Below are positions 40,323 to 55,844 of a stretch of DNA of 64,000 nt, one piece after another. The stretch comes from Octopus sinensis. Its lineage: Eukaryota. The number at the start of each line of letters is the position of its first letter. Positions within the stretch are counted from its first letter, which is position 1. A program made the translations under genes and the position numbers. The notes beneath the pieces are model-generated. The model saw only the letters and a list, made by a program, of their open reading frames with translations, was not told the DNA's origin and made no database searches. Location: positions 67,642,001 to 67,706,000 of the forward strand of contig NC_043007.1 of the NCBI RefSeq assembly GCF_006345805.1. Direction: 5' to 3'.

Positions 40323-40359
40323 ATATATATACATATACAATACATATACATATACATAT

Positions 40360-40390
<31 letters not shown>

Positions 40391-40534
40391 CATATACTAT
40401 ATATATATATATACTATACATATATATATATTATATATATATATACATATACATATACATATATATTACATATACATATACTATACATATACATATATAT
40501 ATACATATACATATATATATACATATACATATAT

Positions 40535-40574
<40 letters not shown>

Positions 40575-40623
40575 TATATACATATACATATATATATACA
40601 TATACATATAATATACATATACA

Positions 40624-40655
<32 letters not shown>

Positions 40656-40695
40656 ATATACATATACACATATATATATATATACACTATACACA
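39790..40695. repeat. Long (TA)n/(TACA)n microsatellite array
   Basis: Directly visible ~900 bp. Confidence 0.95.
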
Positions 40696-40728
40696 CTTTA
40701 TTTTAAGCAGCAGAAAATTCAACAAAAT

Positions 40729-40768
40729 CTGTTACTCTGAGTTTCTCTCGTTGCCGTTCATCAGACAG
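40729..40768 (-). ncRNA. Minimal hammerhead ribozyme motif (inverted copy)
   Basis: Minus strand CTGT-CTGATGA-ACGGCAACGAGA-GAAA-CTCAGAG-TA-ACAG. Confidence 0.6.
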
Positions 40769-40784
40769 TTTTTGCTAGAAAAAA

Positions 40785-40825
40785 CTGTCTGATGAACGGC
40801 AACGACGAAAAACTCAGAGTAACAG
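40785..40825 (+). ncRNA. Minimal (dimer-type) hammerhead ribozyme motif, degenerate
   Basis: CTGT-CTGATGA-A-CG(GCAA)CG-AC-GAAA(AA)-CTC-A-GAG-TA-ACAG: stem I CTGT/ACAG, GNRA-capped mini stem II, palindromic stem III, GUA. Confidence 0.55.
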
Positions 40826-40954
40826 ATTTTGTTGAATTTTCTGCTGCTTAAAATAAAGCATATTACTCTACCACTGGTATTTGAGTACTCTTTTTTCCAC
40901 CTTGTTTCACATTTATGTTTACTCCCGTATATATATATATATATATATATATAC

Positions 40955-41525
40955 CTCGTGGCCTATGCCAGGGGTGTAACCAGCCCACTTATGCATACCT
41001 TTCCTTCATTGGACACTAAACTCTGCTTGCGAAGACCTGCTGAGGCAAGTGAAATCAAAATTATATTCGATGACTGGCATCCGTGCTAGTGGAGCAGTAA
41101 GAGCACCATCCAAGTGTGATCGTTGCCAGAGCAGCTAACTGGCTTCTGTGCTGGTGGCACACAAAAAGCACCATTTGAGTGTGATCATTACCAGCGTCGC
41201 CTTACCGGCATTGGTGCCAGTGGCACATGAAAAAGCATTTGAGCGAGGTTGTTGCCAGTGCTGCTGGACTGCCTCCTGTGCAGGTGGCACATAAAAACAC
41301 CATTTGAGCGTGGCCGTTGCCAGTACCACCTGAATGGCCCTCATGCCAGTGGCACATAAAAGCACGCACTACACTGTCGGGGTGGTTGGCACTAGGAAGG
41401 GCATCCAGCTGTAGAAACTCTTCCAGATCAGACTGGAGCTTGGTGCAGCTATCTGGTTTGCCGGTCCTCAAGTCAAATCATCCAACCTATGCCAGCATGG
41501 AAAGCAGACGTTAAATGATGGCGAT
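40955..41525 (+). mobile_element. RTE-type 3' UTR with ~5 internal tandem ~55-60 bp units
   Basis: Repeated GGTGGCAC.TAAAAAGCACCATTTGAGCGTG..CGTTGCCAG, then GGTTGGCACTAGGAAGGGCATCCAGC...GCATGGAAAGCAGACGTTAAATGATG. Confidence 0.7.
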
Positions 41526-41529
41526 GATG

Positions 41530-44270
<2,741 letters not shown>

Positions 44271-44986
44271 TATGTGTGTGTGTGTATATATATAATTTGT
44301 CATTATCATCCTCACTGTTTTAATATCCACTTTTCCATACTTCCATGTGTCAGATTTAATTTACTGAGATAGATTTTCTACATTCAGATGCACTTTCTGT
44401 TACTAACTCTCATGTGTTTTTCTAAGCAAAGACATATTTCCCCATGGCTAGACATGGTTTCATGTTTCACATAATATTGAAAATGAAGGACACTGCTTAT
44501 ATCCTGATAAAACTTGTTTACAATTATCGCACAAAGTTTGAGATAGAAAGAGAGAGAGAGAGAGAGAGAGAGGGAGTTGGAGAGAGAGAGAGAGAGAGAG
44601 GGATGGAGAGAGAGAGAAAGATAGAAAGACAGAGATACACATGTGTGAGTGATAGGCTTCTTTCAGTTTTCCATTTCTCAAACTCCACTCATAAAGCTTT
44701 GGATGGTCCAGAGCTGTCACAGAAGACACTTGTTCAAGGTGCCATGCAATGGGACTGAACCTGAAACCATGTGGTTGAGAAGCAAAATTCTTAACTAACA
44801 CAGACATGCCTGCAGGCATTCACACACTCACACATCACATGCTCATATCTATATGTGTAAACTTACACGCTGACACACACATAACTGTTATAAATATGTA
44901 AAGAAAGTCGTTAAGCAAATATTAAATTCCTGTAACAATTTACACTGCTTTTCATATTTTCATACACATACTCTAACACTTACACA

Positions 44987-45029
<43 letters not shown>

Positions 45030-45574
45030 ACACACACACACACACACACACTGCTCAATTTTCATCAATTTTCATCAATTTATTACAGAACAGAATGGTA
45101 AATATGATGGTAATATCAGAAAAAAAAAAAATTATTGCAATAAATTAATTTTTTCTCAGTTTTTTTTTTTTTTAAATAAATTCTCCCTCTCGTGTTTCCA
45201 TACTTTTTTCTAATAACCAACCTCACAACTACACACATTAGATACACAAATATATATATATATACATCATACACACAGGTTCTTGTTCATGTATATATTA
45301 TTACAGTGCTTCATATGTAAGGCAACACTTGAGCATGTTTTGGAAAAAAACAGAAAATAATAAAAACCACAAAAGGCTTAATGGACACATGCTGGGTGTG
45401 TATATGTGTGTATATGTGTACAAGTATATATCTATATATGTACGTACATGCATACATACATACACACATGCACTCCAATATACAACCAATAGAAATTTGG
45501 AGAGGTTTTCTCATTTATTTTATTGATATACAAACAAAAGGAAAAATGCATGGAATAAAATCTAATTTATAACT

Positions 45575-45760
45575 GCCATCATCGCTTTGTCATCACCACC
45601 GCCACCACCACCACCATCATTATCCCTACCATCACCATCGCCACCACCATTATCATCCTCATCACCACCACCACAATCATCATCAATACCAACACCATCA
45701 CCAACACCATCATCGTCATAGGCATGATCATGATGATTATGATCATCATCACAGATGGCA
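45575..45760. repeat. (CAC/CAT)n trinucleotide tract
   Basis: Directly visible. Confidence 0.9.
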
Positions 45761-46452
45761 CACCTACCAAACTACAACCACATTCTCACCACCCATACAA
45801 ATAGTTTTCCCTCTCTCATCTATCAATGGTTACAATAAGGTCTGTAAAATTAGTTCAGATTCTCCAGATGTTTCTAAAGCATTACATTAAACACTTTTCT
45901 CTTTCTCTCCGTGACTCAGCAGAATTTATGTCAGAATTCTTTATTCATGAAGTCCATGTGGCTCACGATATATCTGGAAATAATGTTTAATGTATGTCCT
46001 GAGTCAACGGACCACTGATCAAACACATTCCAGTTATGACCAAAACCATTTTTAGACTTAATATATTTGTTACTCTATTTCTATTGAAACATATTGCTTT
46101 TTATGGCTGATGAATATAATGCTATAAATATTGGCTTCAAATTTTGGCACAAGGCCAGCAATTTCGGGGGAGGGCATAGGTTGATTACATCGCCTTCCTT
46201 GTTCAACTGGTACTTATTTTATTGATCCTGAAAGAATAAAAGGCAAAGTCGACCTTAGTGAAATTTGAACTCAGACTGTAAAGATGGATGAAATGCCACC
46301 AAGCATTTTGCCTGGAATGCTAAAAATTCTGACAGCTTGTTATCTTAATGATGATAATAATCCTTTCTACTATAGGCACAAGGCCTGAAATTAGGTGGGA
46401 GGGGACTAATCGATTACATTGAGACCAGTGTTTCATTGTTACTTAATTTATC

Positions 46453-47051
46453 AAACATCCAGTCAACATCATGGTGTTTGGAGTGATACCTAGTGATGGG
46501 GATGTTATGCCTCCATTCATCTTCCCACACAGTCTCCATCTCAACACGGAGGCCTACATCAAGTGCCTGGAAGAGGTAGTGCTGCTCTGAGTCAAGAAGG
46601 TGGCTGCTGGAAGACTGTATGTCTGGCAAAAGGATTCTGCAACATGCCTCACAAGCCAAAGAACCCGGTCATGGCTGTCAGACACTTTCTGTGACCACAT
46701 CACCCCTAATATTTAGCCACCTAACTCCCTAGACTGCATCCCCCTTCATTATTACTTGTAGGGCACAGTTGAGTGGGGGAGCAACAAAACTCCTTGTAAC
46801 ACCAAAGATGAACTGAAGGCAAGGATTATGGCAGCATTCACTAACTTAAACAAGGAAACTGTACAGATGACTTGCAGGAGATTCTGAAGTGGTCTGGAGG
46901 ACGTGGTTGAAGCGAATGGCGATTTCATTGAATAAATTTACTCTTTAGTATTTAAAGACATTTTCATGTAATTGTGGTATCTGTTAGAATGAGATGTCAT
47001 TGTTATTTTCATTTTTGCGTAATTTAGATGACAATTTATTCACTGCACCCT
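46453..47051 (+). pseudogene. Tc1/mariner DD37D (maT-type) transposase C-terminal relic with right TIR
   Basis: One frame with internal stops: KHPVNIMVFGVI.SDGDVMPPFIFP...YVWQKDSA...I*PPNSLDCIPLHYYL...EANGDFIE*. There are 37 residues between the WQKD aspartate and the PL(D>H)YY position. Ends ...AATTTATTCACTGCACCCT-ATA. Confidence 0.8.
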
Positions 47052-47162
47052 ATATATATATATGACGGGCTTCTTTCAGTCTCCATCTACCAAATCCACT
47101 CACAAGGCTTTTGCCAGCCTGAAGCTATAGAAGAAGATACCTGCTCATGGTGCACCTGCACC

Positions 47163-47209
<47 letters not shown>

Positions 47210-47389
47210 TTGTTCCCCTCCACCACTTAACAACCAGTGTTGATTTGTTTACATCCATGTAACTTGGCAGTTCAGCCAAAGAGACTGATAGAATAAATGC
47301 CCGGTTTAAAAATAAATACTGGGGTCAATTCATTCAACTGAAACCTTTCAAGGCAGTGGTTCCCAAGTAAACGATAAAAAATGATATCT

Positions 47390-47780
47390 ATCTTTAGTCT
47401 TTTACTTGTTTCAGTCATTTGACTGTGGCCATGCTGGGGCATCACCTTGAAGAATTTTTAGTTGAATGAATTGATCCCATTCTTATATTTTTTGAGCCTG
47501 GTACTTGTTCTATCAGTCTCCTTTGCTGAACCACTAAGTTTATGGTGATGTAAACATACCAACACCCGTTGTCAAGCAATGGTGGGGGACAAACACAGAC
47601 AGAAAGATACACACACACACACACAAACACATACAATGAGCTTCTTTCAGTTTTTGTCAACCAAATCCACTTACATGGTTTTGGTCAGCCCAATGCAATA
47701 CTAAAAGACACTCGCCCAATGTGTCACACAGTAAGACTGAACCCAGAACTATGTAGCTGGGAAGCAAGCTTCTTATTTCT
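47390..47780 (-). mobile_element. tRNA-derived SINE, family A
   Basis: Reverse complement of family A. Confidence 0.7.
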
Positions 47781-48155
47781 TTATTGCCCACAAGGGGCAT
47801 AATATAGAAGGGACAAACAAGGACTGACAAACGGATTAAGTCGATTACATTGACCCCAGTGCGTAACTGGTACTTAATGAAAGGCAAAGTTGACCTCAGC
47901 GGAATTTGAACTCAGAATGTAATGGCAGACAAAATACCTATTTCTTTACTACTCACAAGGGGCTAAACATAGAGGGGACAAATGGATTAAGTCGATTACA
48001 TCGACCCCAGTGCATAACTGGTACTTAATTTATCGACCCTGAAAGGATGAAAGGCAAAGTTGACCTCGGCGGAATTTGAACTTAGAACATAGCAACAGAC
48101 GAAATACCGCTAAGCATTTTGCCCGGCGTGCTAATGTTTCTGCCAGCTCGCCACC
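47770..48155 (-). mobile_element. Two adjacent or nested family B SINEs
   Basis: The GGATTAAGTCGATTACAT.GACCCCAGTGC.TAACTGGTACTTAAT block occurs twice; one full head at 48155. Confidence 0.75.
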
Positions 48156-48574
48156 TTACCACACAGCCACACCTGCACCATCTCTCCATTTTTTTAAAGA
48201 GAAGTGGCTTCTACAGTTTGTGCTCTTATTGAAAATGTTGTTGTTTAGCCCAAATCATATCTACTGAGCTGACTTATGGTGAAAAGGCATTAAAGGGATT
48301 ACAATCACCTGAATCATTTTCTAAGACTACATTACCCAACGTAACATTCCTTCTTAAACACAGAAGTATGTAATTTCAAGGATGTTATTTCTTTCAGATT
48401 GTGTCAAGACAGAGACAGATGCTCTGCATTTTGTCTCAGAACATTTCAAATATTTATAAGATGTGATTACATGGAAAAATGACTGGGGAGAAGAAAATAT
48501 TGTGCATGGGAGGAGGGGAGGGGCGACAAAGTATTAACTTGGAAATCAAATTTTAACCTTAGTCACCAGTTCTT

Positions 48575-48613
48575 GATTTCTACTATTACTACTACTGTTA
48601 CTACTACTGCTGT

Positions 48614-48644
<31 letters not shown>

Positions 48645-48750
48645 GTTACTACCACTGTTACTACTACTGTTACTACTACTACTACTGTTACTACTACTAC
48701 AACCACTACCACTACCACTATTACAACTACTACTACTAATAATAATAATG
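48575..48750. repeat. (ACT)n trinucleotide tract
   Basis: Directly visible. Confidence 0.9.
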
Positions 48751-49160
48751 GAAATATTTAGAGTTGTCACTATATATAGCATGTTCTTTTTTTTAAATCT
48801 ACATTTCAATAGCATTTTACTACAAAGCAATACACACACACACACACACACATGTATACACACTATGTAGTATTTGCTACTTTCTGAAGTGTTAAAACCT
48901 GATTTACACACACACACACTTATATTTATTAACAGCTTGACTCAGAGTTGCATGGATGGAAGTTCCACAGACGTAAGAGAAAACATGTCACAAAAAAGAA
49001 AGCAAAAAAAAAAAAAAATGACAGAACAACCTTCAGCAAAGTAATTCTGAGTCAAGCTGTTAAGATAAATACTAAAACTCAACAAAACATGTCCAGTGCT
49101 CTTTTCTTTTGTTTGTAGACATATATATCTATCTGTGCATGTGTTTATATATATATATAT

Positions 49161-49545
49161 AGGCGCAGCAGTGGCTGTGTGGTAAGTAGCTTGCTTACCA
49201 ACCTCATGGTTCCAGGTTCAGTCTCATTGCGTGGCACCTTGGGCAAGAGTCTTCAGGCCGACCAATGCCTTGTGAGTGGATTTGGTAGACGGAAACTGAA
49301 AGAAGCCTGTCGTATATATGTGTATATATATATATATATGTATGTGTGTGTATATGTTTGTGTATCTGTGTTTGTCCCCCTAGTATAGCTTGACAACTGA
49401 TGCTGGTGTGTTTATGTCCCTGTCACTTAGCGGTTCGGCAAAAGAGACCTTTACAAAGAATAAGTCCCGGGGTCGATTTGCTTGACTAAAAGTGGTGCTC
49501 CAGCATGGCCGCAGTCAAATGACTGAAACAAGTAAAAGTAAAGTC
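49161..49545 (+). mobile_element. tRNA-derived SINE, family A, near full length
   Basis: GGCGCAGCAGTGGCTGTGTGGTAAG ... GTCAAATGACTGAAACAAGTAAAAG. Confidence 0.8.
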
Positions 49546-49547
49546 AA

Positions 49548-49589
<42 letters not shown>

Positions 49590-51733
49590 TTGCTAGAGCA
49601 GCTAACTGGCTTCCATGCCGGTGGCACGTAAAAAGCACCATTTGAGCGTGATTGTTACCAGCGTTGCCTTATTGGTACTTGTGCTGGTGGCCTTAGAAGA
49701 GGAGATGCTTTGCTGATATGCTTTTGTAGACAAGGCATGTAAGACCCTACCTCTTATATCCTTGTCAGCTGGTATTTTGGTCTGGGGATGGGGTATAGAA
49801 ATAGGTAGTAGCCTGTGAATATTTGATAGACCCCTCCCTTAAAAAAGAAAAAATAAGTTCTGACAGAGAAAGGGGTCCCAAAAGCTTCCTGTTCTGCTTT
49901 ACAGAATTTTCTCTCTGGGACCCCATTTTTTTTTTATATAATCTATAGAACATTAAATAATTCAATGTAATGGGAGATCATAAAAGTTTCCACTAAATTC
50001 ATTTTTAAAAACTGGAAACATCTTTCACTTTGATTTATAAATTTAAACATTAAGATAAAATGGGTTAATCCAATCAATGTATTTATATTAATCTTTACAA
50101 AGCCTTACTGAAACAGGTGAAACTGAAGTTAACACTGAGAAATCAACTTTCTGTTTCCCTTCCTCTTCTTTTCCACATCATTAATACTCTCCCAATAAAA
50201 GGGTAGCAAATCTGCAAAACCAAATACCTTGCAAGTATTTGTACTGGCTCTTTACATTCTGAGTTCAAATCTTGCTATTGTCAATTCTACTTGTTATCCT
50301 TCCAGGGGTCAATAAAATAAAGTATTATAGCCAAGTATTGAGATCAATTAAATTAACCAACTCACTTCCCTCCAAACTACTGACCTTGTGTCTATTCTAG
50401 AAACAATTATTTATTTTTGCTGTATGCAACAATGGTGGTGGTACATTGTGGCAAAAACAATAGGGTTAAGATTATATGATGGATTCAAATAAAAAAAAAA
50501 TATAGTAAATTATACAAATATTAGCTCTGTCATTCTCACCTCCCACATGAAGCATACCTAATATTGTGAACAACCAATGGTGAATTAATGACTATTATCA
50601 ACTAGAATGATGACAACACTAAATACATATGAAGTGGAACATTTGTACTCACATATGTACAACAATTATTTGAATAGAACATCATACAAGAAACAGTGAT
50701 TGTAATAGTTATAAGTTTTAATTGCATAAAATATTTTAGTCAGTTATATTAAAAGTGTTCATGGTTATTAAGGACTCAATAAGCAGGGGAAAAAAATGAG
50801 AACACCTTCACAAAAATGACAGAATCCTGTGTAATACATGAGGGTTTATAGGCTCTCTAAAGAGAGCACCAGATAGAATGCCTTTATAATGTTTAATCTC
50901 ATCCATCTAAGTTCTGATTTAAAATCTCCCTGAAGTACTGTGTTGCATCCCCACCAAGGATGATTTAATCATCATCATCATTTAACATCCATGTTTTATG
51001 CTGGCTTGAGTCAGATGGTTTGATTGGATGTGATGGATCTGAGGACTGCATTGTGTTCTAGTGTCATGGTTTCTACAACAGGATGCCCTTCTTAATACCA
51101 AATACTTTACATGTACTGGTTTTTTTTTTTTGGTGCTATCAATCCTAAAGTTGCCATGCAGCTTGCAAGGCTCCAAAATCCAAGGGGAGTTGCTTTATGT
51201 CTGGACATGATGGGGTTAGTGTATGAGAGAAGGAGCCAGAGAAGAACCAATTTCTTACTGTAGAAGAGCTACATAACAATTCACATTTTAAAAGAGAAGT
51301 GGGAGTAAACAGATGGAGCTGGAAAGAGTTAGAGTTGAAAATGATAGTGATGAGGAGTCTGGGTGAACTTTCACAAGTAGGAGCACATGAGGAACCATAA
51401 GTGTAGCCGGTGGAGGTTGTAAGAGTGCATGGGTAGAGTGAGAGATGGGGAATGGGTGAGGGGAGGTGGACAACATCTGTAAAGGTTAGGTAGGGTTGAA
51501 GGGTGGATGAAGTGAATGGTGGATAAAAGGTAGTGGGGAGGGAATGACCAATGATGCATGAGTTGGGGGAGGTAGGAGAAGTAGAAGGCATTCTAGGGAT
51601 TTATAAAAGAACATGTTAATTAAATTGATGATATCTTTTCTCAAATTTACAGCATCTCTAGTCTAAGGCACCACTAATAATGGTCACTAAACTTGGTTTC
51701 TTTGTTTTGTTTTTTTTTTATTACAAAACAAGC

Positions 51734-51804
<71 letters not shown>

Positions 51805-52380
51805 TAGCAATTGCTATAGTGAATGGGTTTTGGAATTGGAATTTGGCCAATGGTAGTAGAAATAGCAAACTAGCTACAGCAATTACAGAATGGCTGTATG
51901 GAGAGTGAAATGGTGTGTATGTGTTTATATAGGGGGGGGGTATATGTAGTAAGAGCACAGCTGCCTAGTCTGCATTGGAGTAAATACAAGGTGAACAATG
52001 CAATTTCCACCTGCTCATCTAATCTTATCTTAGTTTGCTAACATAGAATAACCAACATCTAGACTTAGAGAGAGAAATTATTCATATTTAATAAACAAGC
52101 AAACAGAAAAGAAAACAACAAAAACAAGCAAAAATAGAATAGAACTAACATCTATTAAAATGTAAAGTGTAATTGTTGCATCTAGGAAAAGAAAGGGCAG
52201 TGAGTTTCCCGGAATTAGGTGAAACACTTTAACATTTAGAGTCTCTTCTTCAATATTTTGAGTTCAAACTAAACTAAAATTGACTTGAGAATTCTGTACC
52301 CCTGAAGTCAATATCAGTTACTTAATCATTCAATGCCTTGTGGCATTTCTTCTAGCTATTTAATGTTCTGAGTTCAAATC

Positions 52381-53663
52381 TGAGATAACCTTTGCCTTTT
52401 TATTCCTCCAGGGTCAATAAAATAAAGTATCTGTCAAATATTAGGGCTAATGGTATTGACTAACCTCATCCCATCAAAGTTGCTGGCCTTGTGCCTAAAT
52501 CAGAAACGATTGTTATGCAGAATAATCTGAACCATGTTAAAAATGTTAATACATTTCTGATAAGCAACATTGTCTTTCAATGAATTAAAAAAAGATTAAT
52601 AATGAAGAACTGACTAAAATGCCTGGCAATGCGAAATATTATTCTACTTGGGAACAAGAGATGGTTGGTGACGGGAAGAGTATCCACCCATAAAAAAAAA
52701 ATCAATCTCAATCAATTCTGTCTGTTCCATTCCATTCAAATATGGAAAAGTGGACACTAAAATGATGATGATGATTTTATATATATACTAGCAGTATCGC
52801 CCGGCGTTGCTTGGGTTTGTTTCGACCCTTTATAATTGGAATTTTTGAAAAGTAACAATTTTGCATTATGTAGCTTTAAGTGAACATTTTTCTGGTTGAA
52901 ATGCACCAAAAAATGGCGACAAAGCAGTAAAAAAATCATAAAAAATAGGGATTTTCATAGAAAAAAAAGCACCTTTTTGAATTAAATAATTTTTGGTGTT
53001 AACATGGTCCGATTTGAGATAACCTTTGCCTTTTATCCCCCCAGGGTCAATAAAATAAAGTATCTGTCAAGTATTAGGGCCAATGGTATTGACTAACCTC
53101 ATCCCATCAAAGTTGCTGGCCTTGTGCTTAAATTAGAAATGACTGTTATGCAGAATAATCTGAACCATGTTATAAATGTTAATATATTTCTGATAAGCTA
53201 CACTGTCTTTCTTTCAATGAATTAAGAAAAAAATTAATAATGAAGAACTAGCTAAAATGCCTAGCTATGCGAAATATTATTCTACTTGGAAACAAGAGAG
53301 GGTTAGTGACAGGAAGAGTATCCACCCATAGAAAAATCAATCTCAATCAATTCTGTCTGTTCCATTCCGTTCAAACATGGAAAAGTGGACACTAAAATGA
53401 TGATGATGATTTTATATATATACTAGCAGTATCGCCTGGCGTTGCTCGGGTTTGTTTCGACCCTTTATAATTGGAATTTTTGAAAAGTAAAAATTTTGCA
53501 TTATGTAGCTTGATATTCTCTTTAAGTGAACATTTTTCTGGTTGAAATGCACCGAAAAATTGTGACACAGCAGTAAAAAAAATCGTAAAAAATAGGGATT
53601 TTCATAGAAAAAAAGCACCTTTTTGATGTAAATAATTTTTGGTGTTAACATGGTCTAATTTGA
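52381..53663. repeat. Diverged tandem duplication (~634-bp period) containing SINE remnants and a Helitron 3' part
   Basis: TGAGATAACCTTTGCC starts at 52381 and at 53015; copies are collinear with scattered substitutions. Confidence 0.9.
52788..53017 (-). mobile_element. Helitron 3' half (truncated at the duplication junction)
   Basis: A-CTAG-CAGTATCGCCCGGCGTTGC start; breaks off at GGTCCGATTTGA. Confidence 0.75.
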
Positions 53664-53815
53664 ATTTTTTCTTCTACGGAAGGAAGAGCCAACCTTCTTC
53701 TATCATACTCTCAATTTTGGTCAACTTGCGCTGCAGGGTCTCGGAGGAGATAGTGTTAGTTGAAGGCTACCAAACCTGCCATATACAGACAACTTCAGCT
53801 TTATATATATAGAGA
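53423..53815 (-). mobile_element. Non-autonomous Helitron, full length
   Basis: Same termini and body as 22373-22771. Confidence 0.8.
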
Positions 53816-53817
53816 TA

Positions 53818-53857
<40 letters not shown>

Positions 53858-54370
53858 TAACATTGATGGAAACAGTTTTAATATCAAAAAGCAATCTTGA
53901 TGACAACATAACATGGAAGTTGTGTTAGAAGACAGAGTACTACGATGCAGTATTCTGTATTCTGACACAACCTCTACATTAAGTTGGAAATCAAGATTGC
54001 CTTTTACATAGTTGTGTGTGTGTGTGTGTAGAAACAAACATGGTTATGTGGTTAGGGAAGTTTGCTTCTCAAGCAAGGTTGGGGCAAATGGAAACTAAGA
54101 GAAGGATATAATGTATATATATATGTGTGTGTGTGTATTTGTTTACATTTGTGCTCTTTGAAATTGGCAAGCTACAAGTGGCGATGCCATTATCACTTCT
54201 CCTCTCAACAAATCATCTGCTCATTTCACACCTTCAAAGATGCATGAATTAAAAGATCAGATCCACCTCTTGAAAAACCTGTATGGCCATTCAGCTTTCA
54301 AACAATATCTCAATAAAATACTCATCTAACCCATGCAAGTATGGAAAAATGGATGTAAAGCGAATAAACA

Positions 54371-54437
<67 letters not shown>

Positions 54438-54773
54438 TACACACACAAATCAAAGAAAAAGATTATATTTCTTATTTCCTGAACATGAAAATCTTGGGTT
54501 ACTGAAAAATGGCTATTGATTTTTAATTTACATCGCATTTGTGCCCATTCAGTCAGAATAGATTTAGTAATTACAACAACAACAGCATACATGAACAATG
54601 TTTCAAATATGAAAGTCAGACATTCTCCAGCAAACCATTCAAGCGTAAGTCACCAGTTTAAGGATGATTTGACGTGAACCTTTAGAGAAACCATCCATAA
54701 AACCAATTGAGAAACAGCCTTGATGTGACTGCTCAACTGTGACCAGACATTTAAATCCCAACAGCTGAGATCA

Positions 54774-55000
54774 TTAACCTTTTGATACCAGCCCATCTGA
54801 GACTGCCCTTGGTTCTATGGAACAAACTTCCTACTTTAATGTGATCTAAATTAAAACCTATCAAAACTTTATGCTAATTTATGATCCAAATTTCAGCTTA
54901 AAAGTGACAAAGTTACTTTGCTAAATGATTTATTGTTTTCAAAATTAATTGAAAGGAAGGTGGTGCATTTTAAGAGAAGTATGGTAACAAAAAGGCGTAA
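54774..55000. mobile_element. piggyBac-like MITE, second family
   Basis: TTAA-CCTTTTGATACCA ... TGGTAACAAAAAGG-CGTAA imperfect TIRs; partial internal copies at ~55010-55110, ~55595-55675 and ~62460-62540. Confidence 0.6.
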
Positions 55001-55844
55001 AGTGGTCTAAATGAAAACCTTCCATCAAAATTTCATGCTAATTTATGTGAGAGAGTTATTTTGCTTAATTATTGTTTTCAAAATTAATTGAAAGAAAGCA
55101 ATGTAATTTTAACAGCTTGCTTACCAACCACATGGTTCCAGGTTCAGTCCCATTGCGTGGCACCTTGGGCAAGTGTCTTCTACTATAACCTTGGGCTGAC
55201 CAAAGCCTTGTGAGTAGATGAGGTAGACTTTTCCACTCATTGGATCAACTGGAAACCTCATCATTGTAACCAGTGGGGTACCAGTTTGTAAGGTGCTTTG
55301 CCCATGGAATGAACTGAGTTCAAGCTAAGAAATCACACATCATTTTCATGTTGCAGAGAGTAATGACCTTATATACATAGTATCTACCTAAAACAAAGTA
55401 CATTGACACCAGTGCTCAACTGGTACTTATTTTATCAACCCGCCACCCATCAAAGAAAAAAAAAATTTAAAGGCAAAAGTACTTAATTTATCAACACCAT
55501 AAAGATGAAGGGCAAAGTCGACCTTGGCAGCATTTGAACGCAGTATGTAAAGAGCCAGAAAAAATGCTACTAAGCATTTTGTCCATTATTTTGTTCTTCA
55601 TTATTTTCAAAAGTAACTGAAACAAAAGCAGTGTTTTTCAACGGAAATATAGAAATGAAAGTGTTAAAGGGAATATAAAGTAAGCAGGGCCTACCCAGAC
55701 TAGAAGTATAAATACCATTTATCAAATATAAAAACTGAATAATTTCCAATTTGTTATAATACCAATTATGAAGTGACCCAATTGGGATGACTCATCTGAC
55801 CCATACCAGCATGGAAAAATAGATACAAAATAAAAATGGTGAGG

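Larger units (their letters stand above)
40696..40927 (+). mobile_element. Non-autonomous HHR-bearing element, family 2, with 163-bp fold-back palindrome
   Basis: 40696-40776 and 40777-40858 are inverted copies centred on CTAG, followed by a unique ~70-bp tail and (TA)n. Confidence 0.65.

Noticed and set aside
51145-51591. 148-aa minus-strand ORF
   Set aside because: Low-complexity Pro/Ser/Thr/Leu product of a purine-rich strand; no domain recognised.
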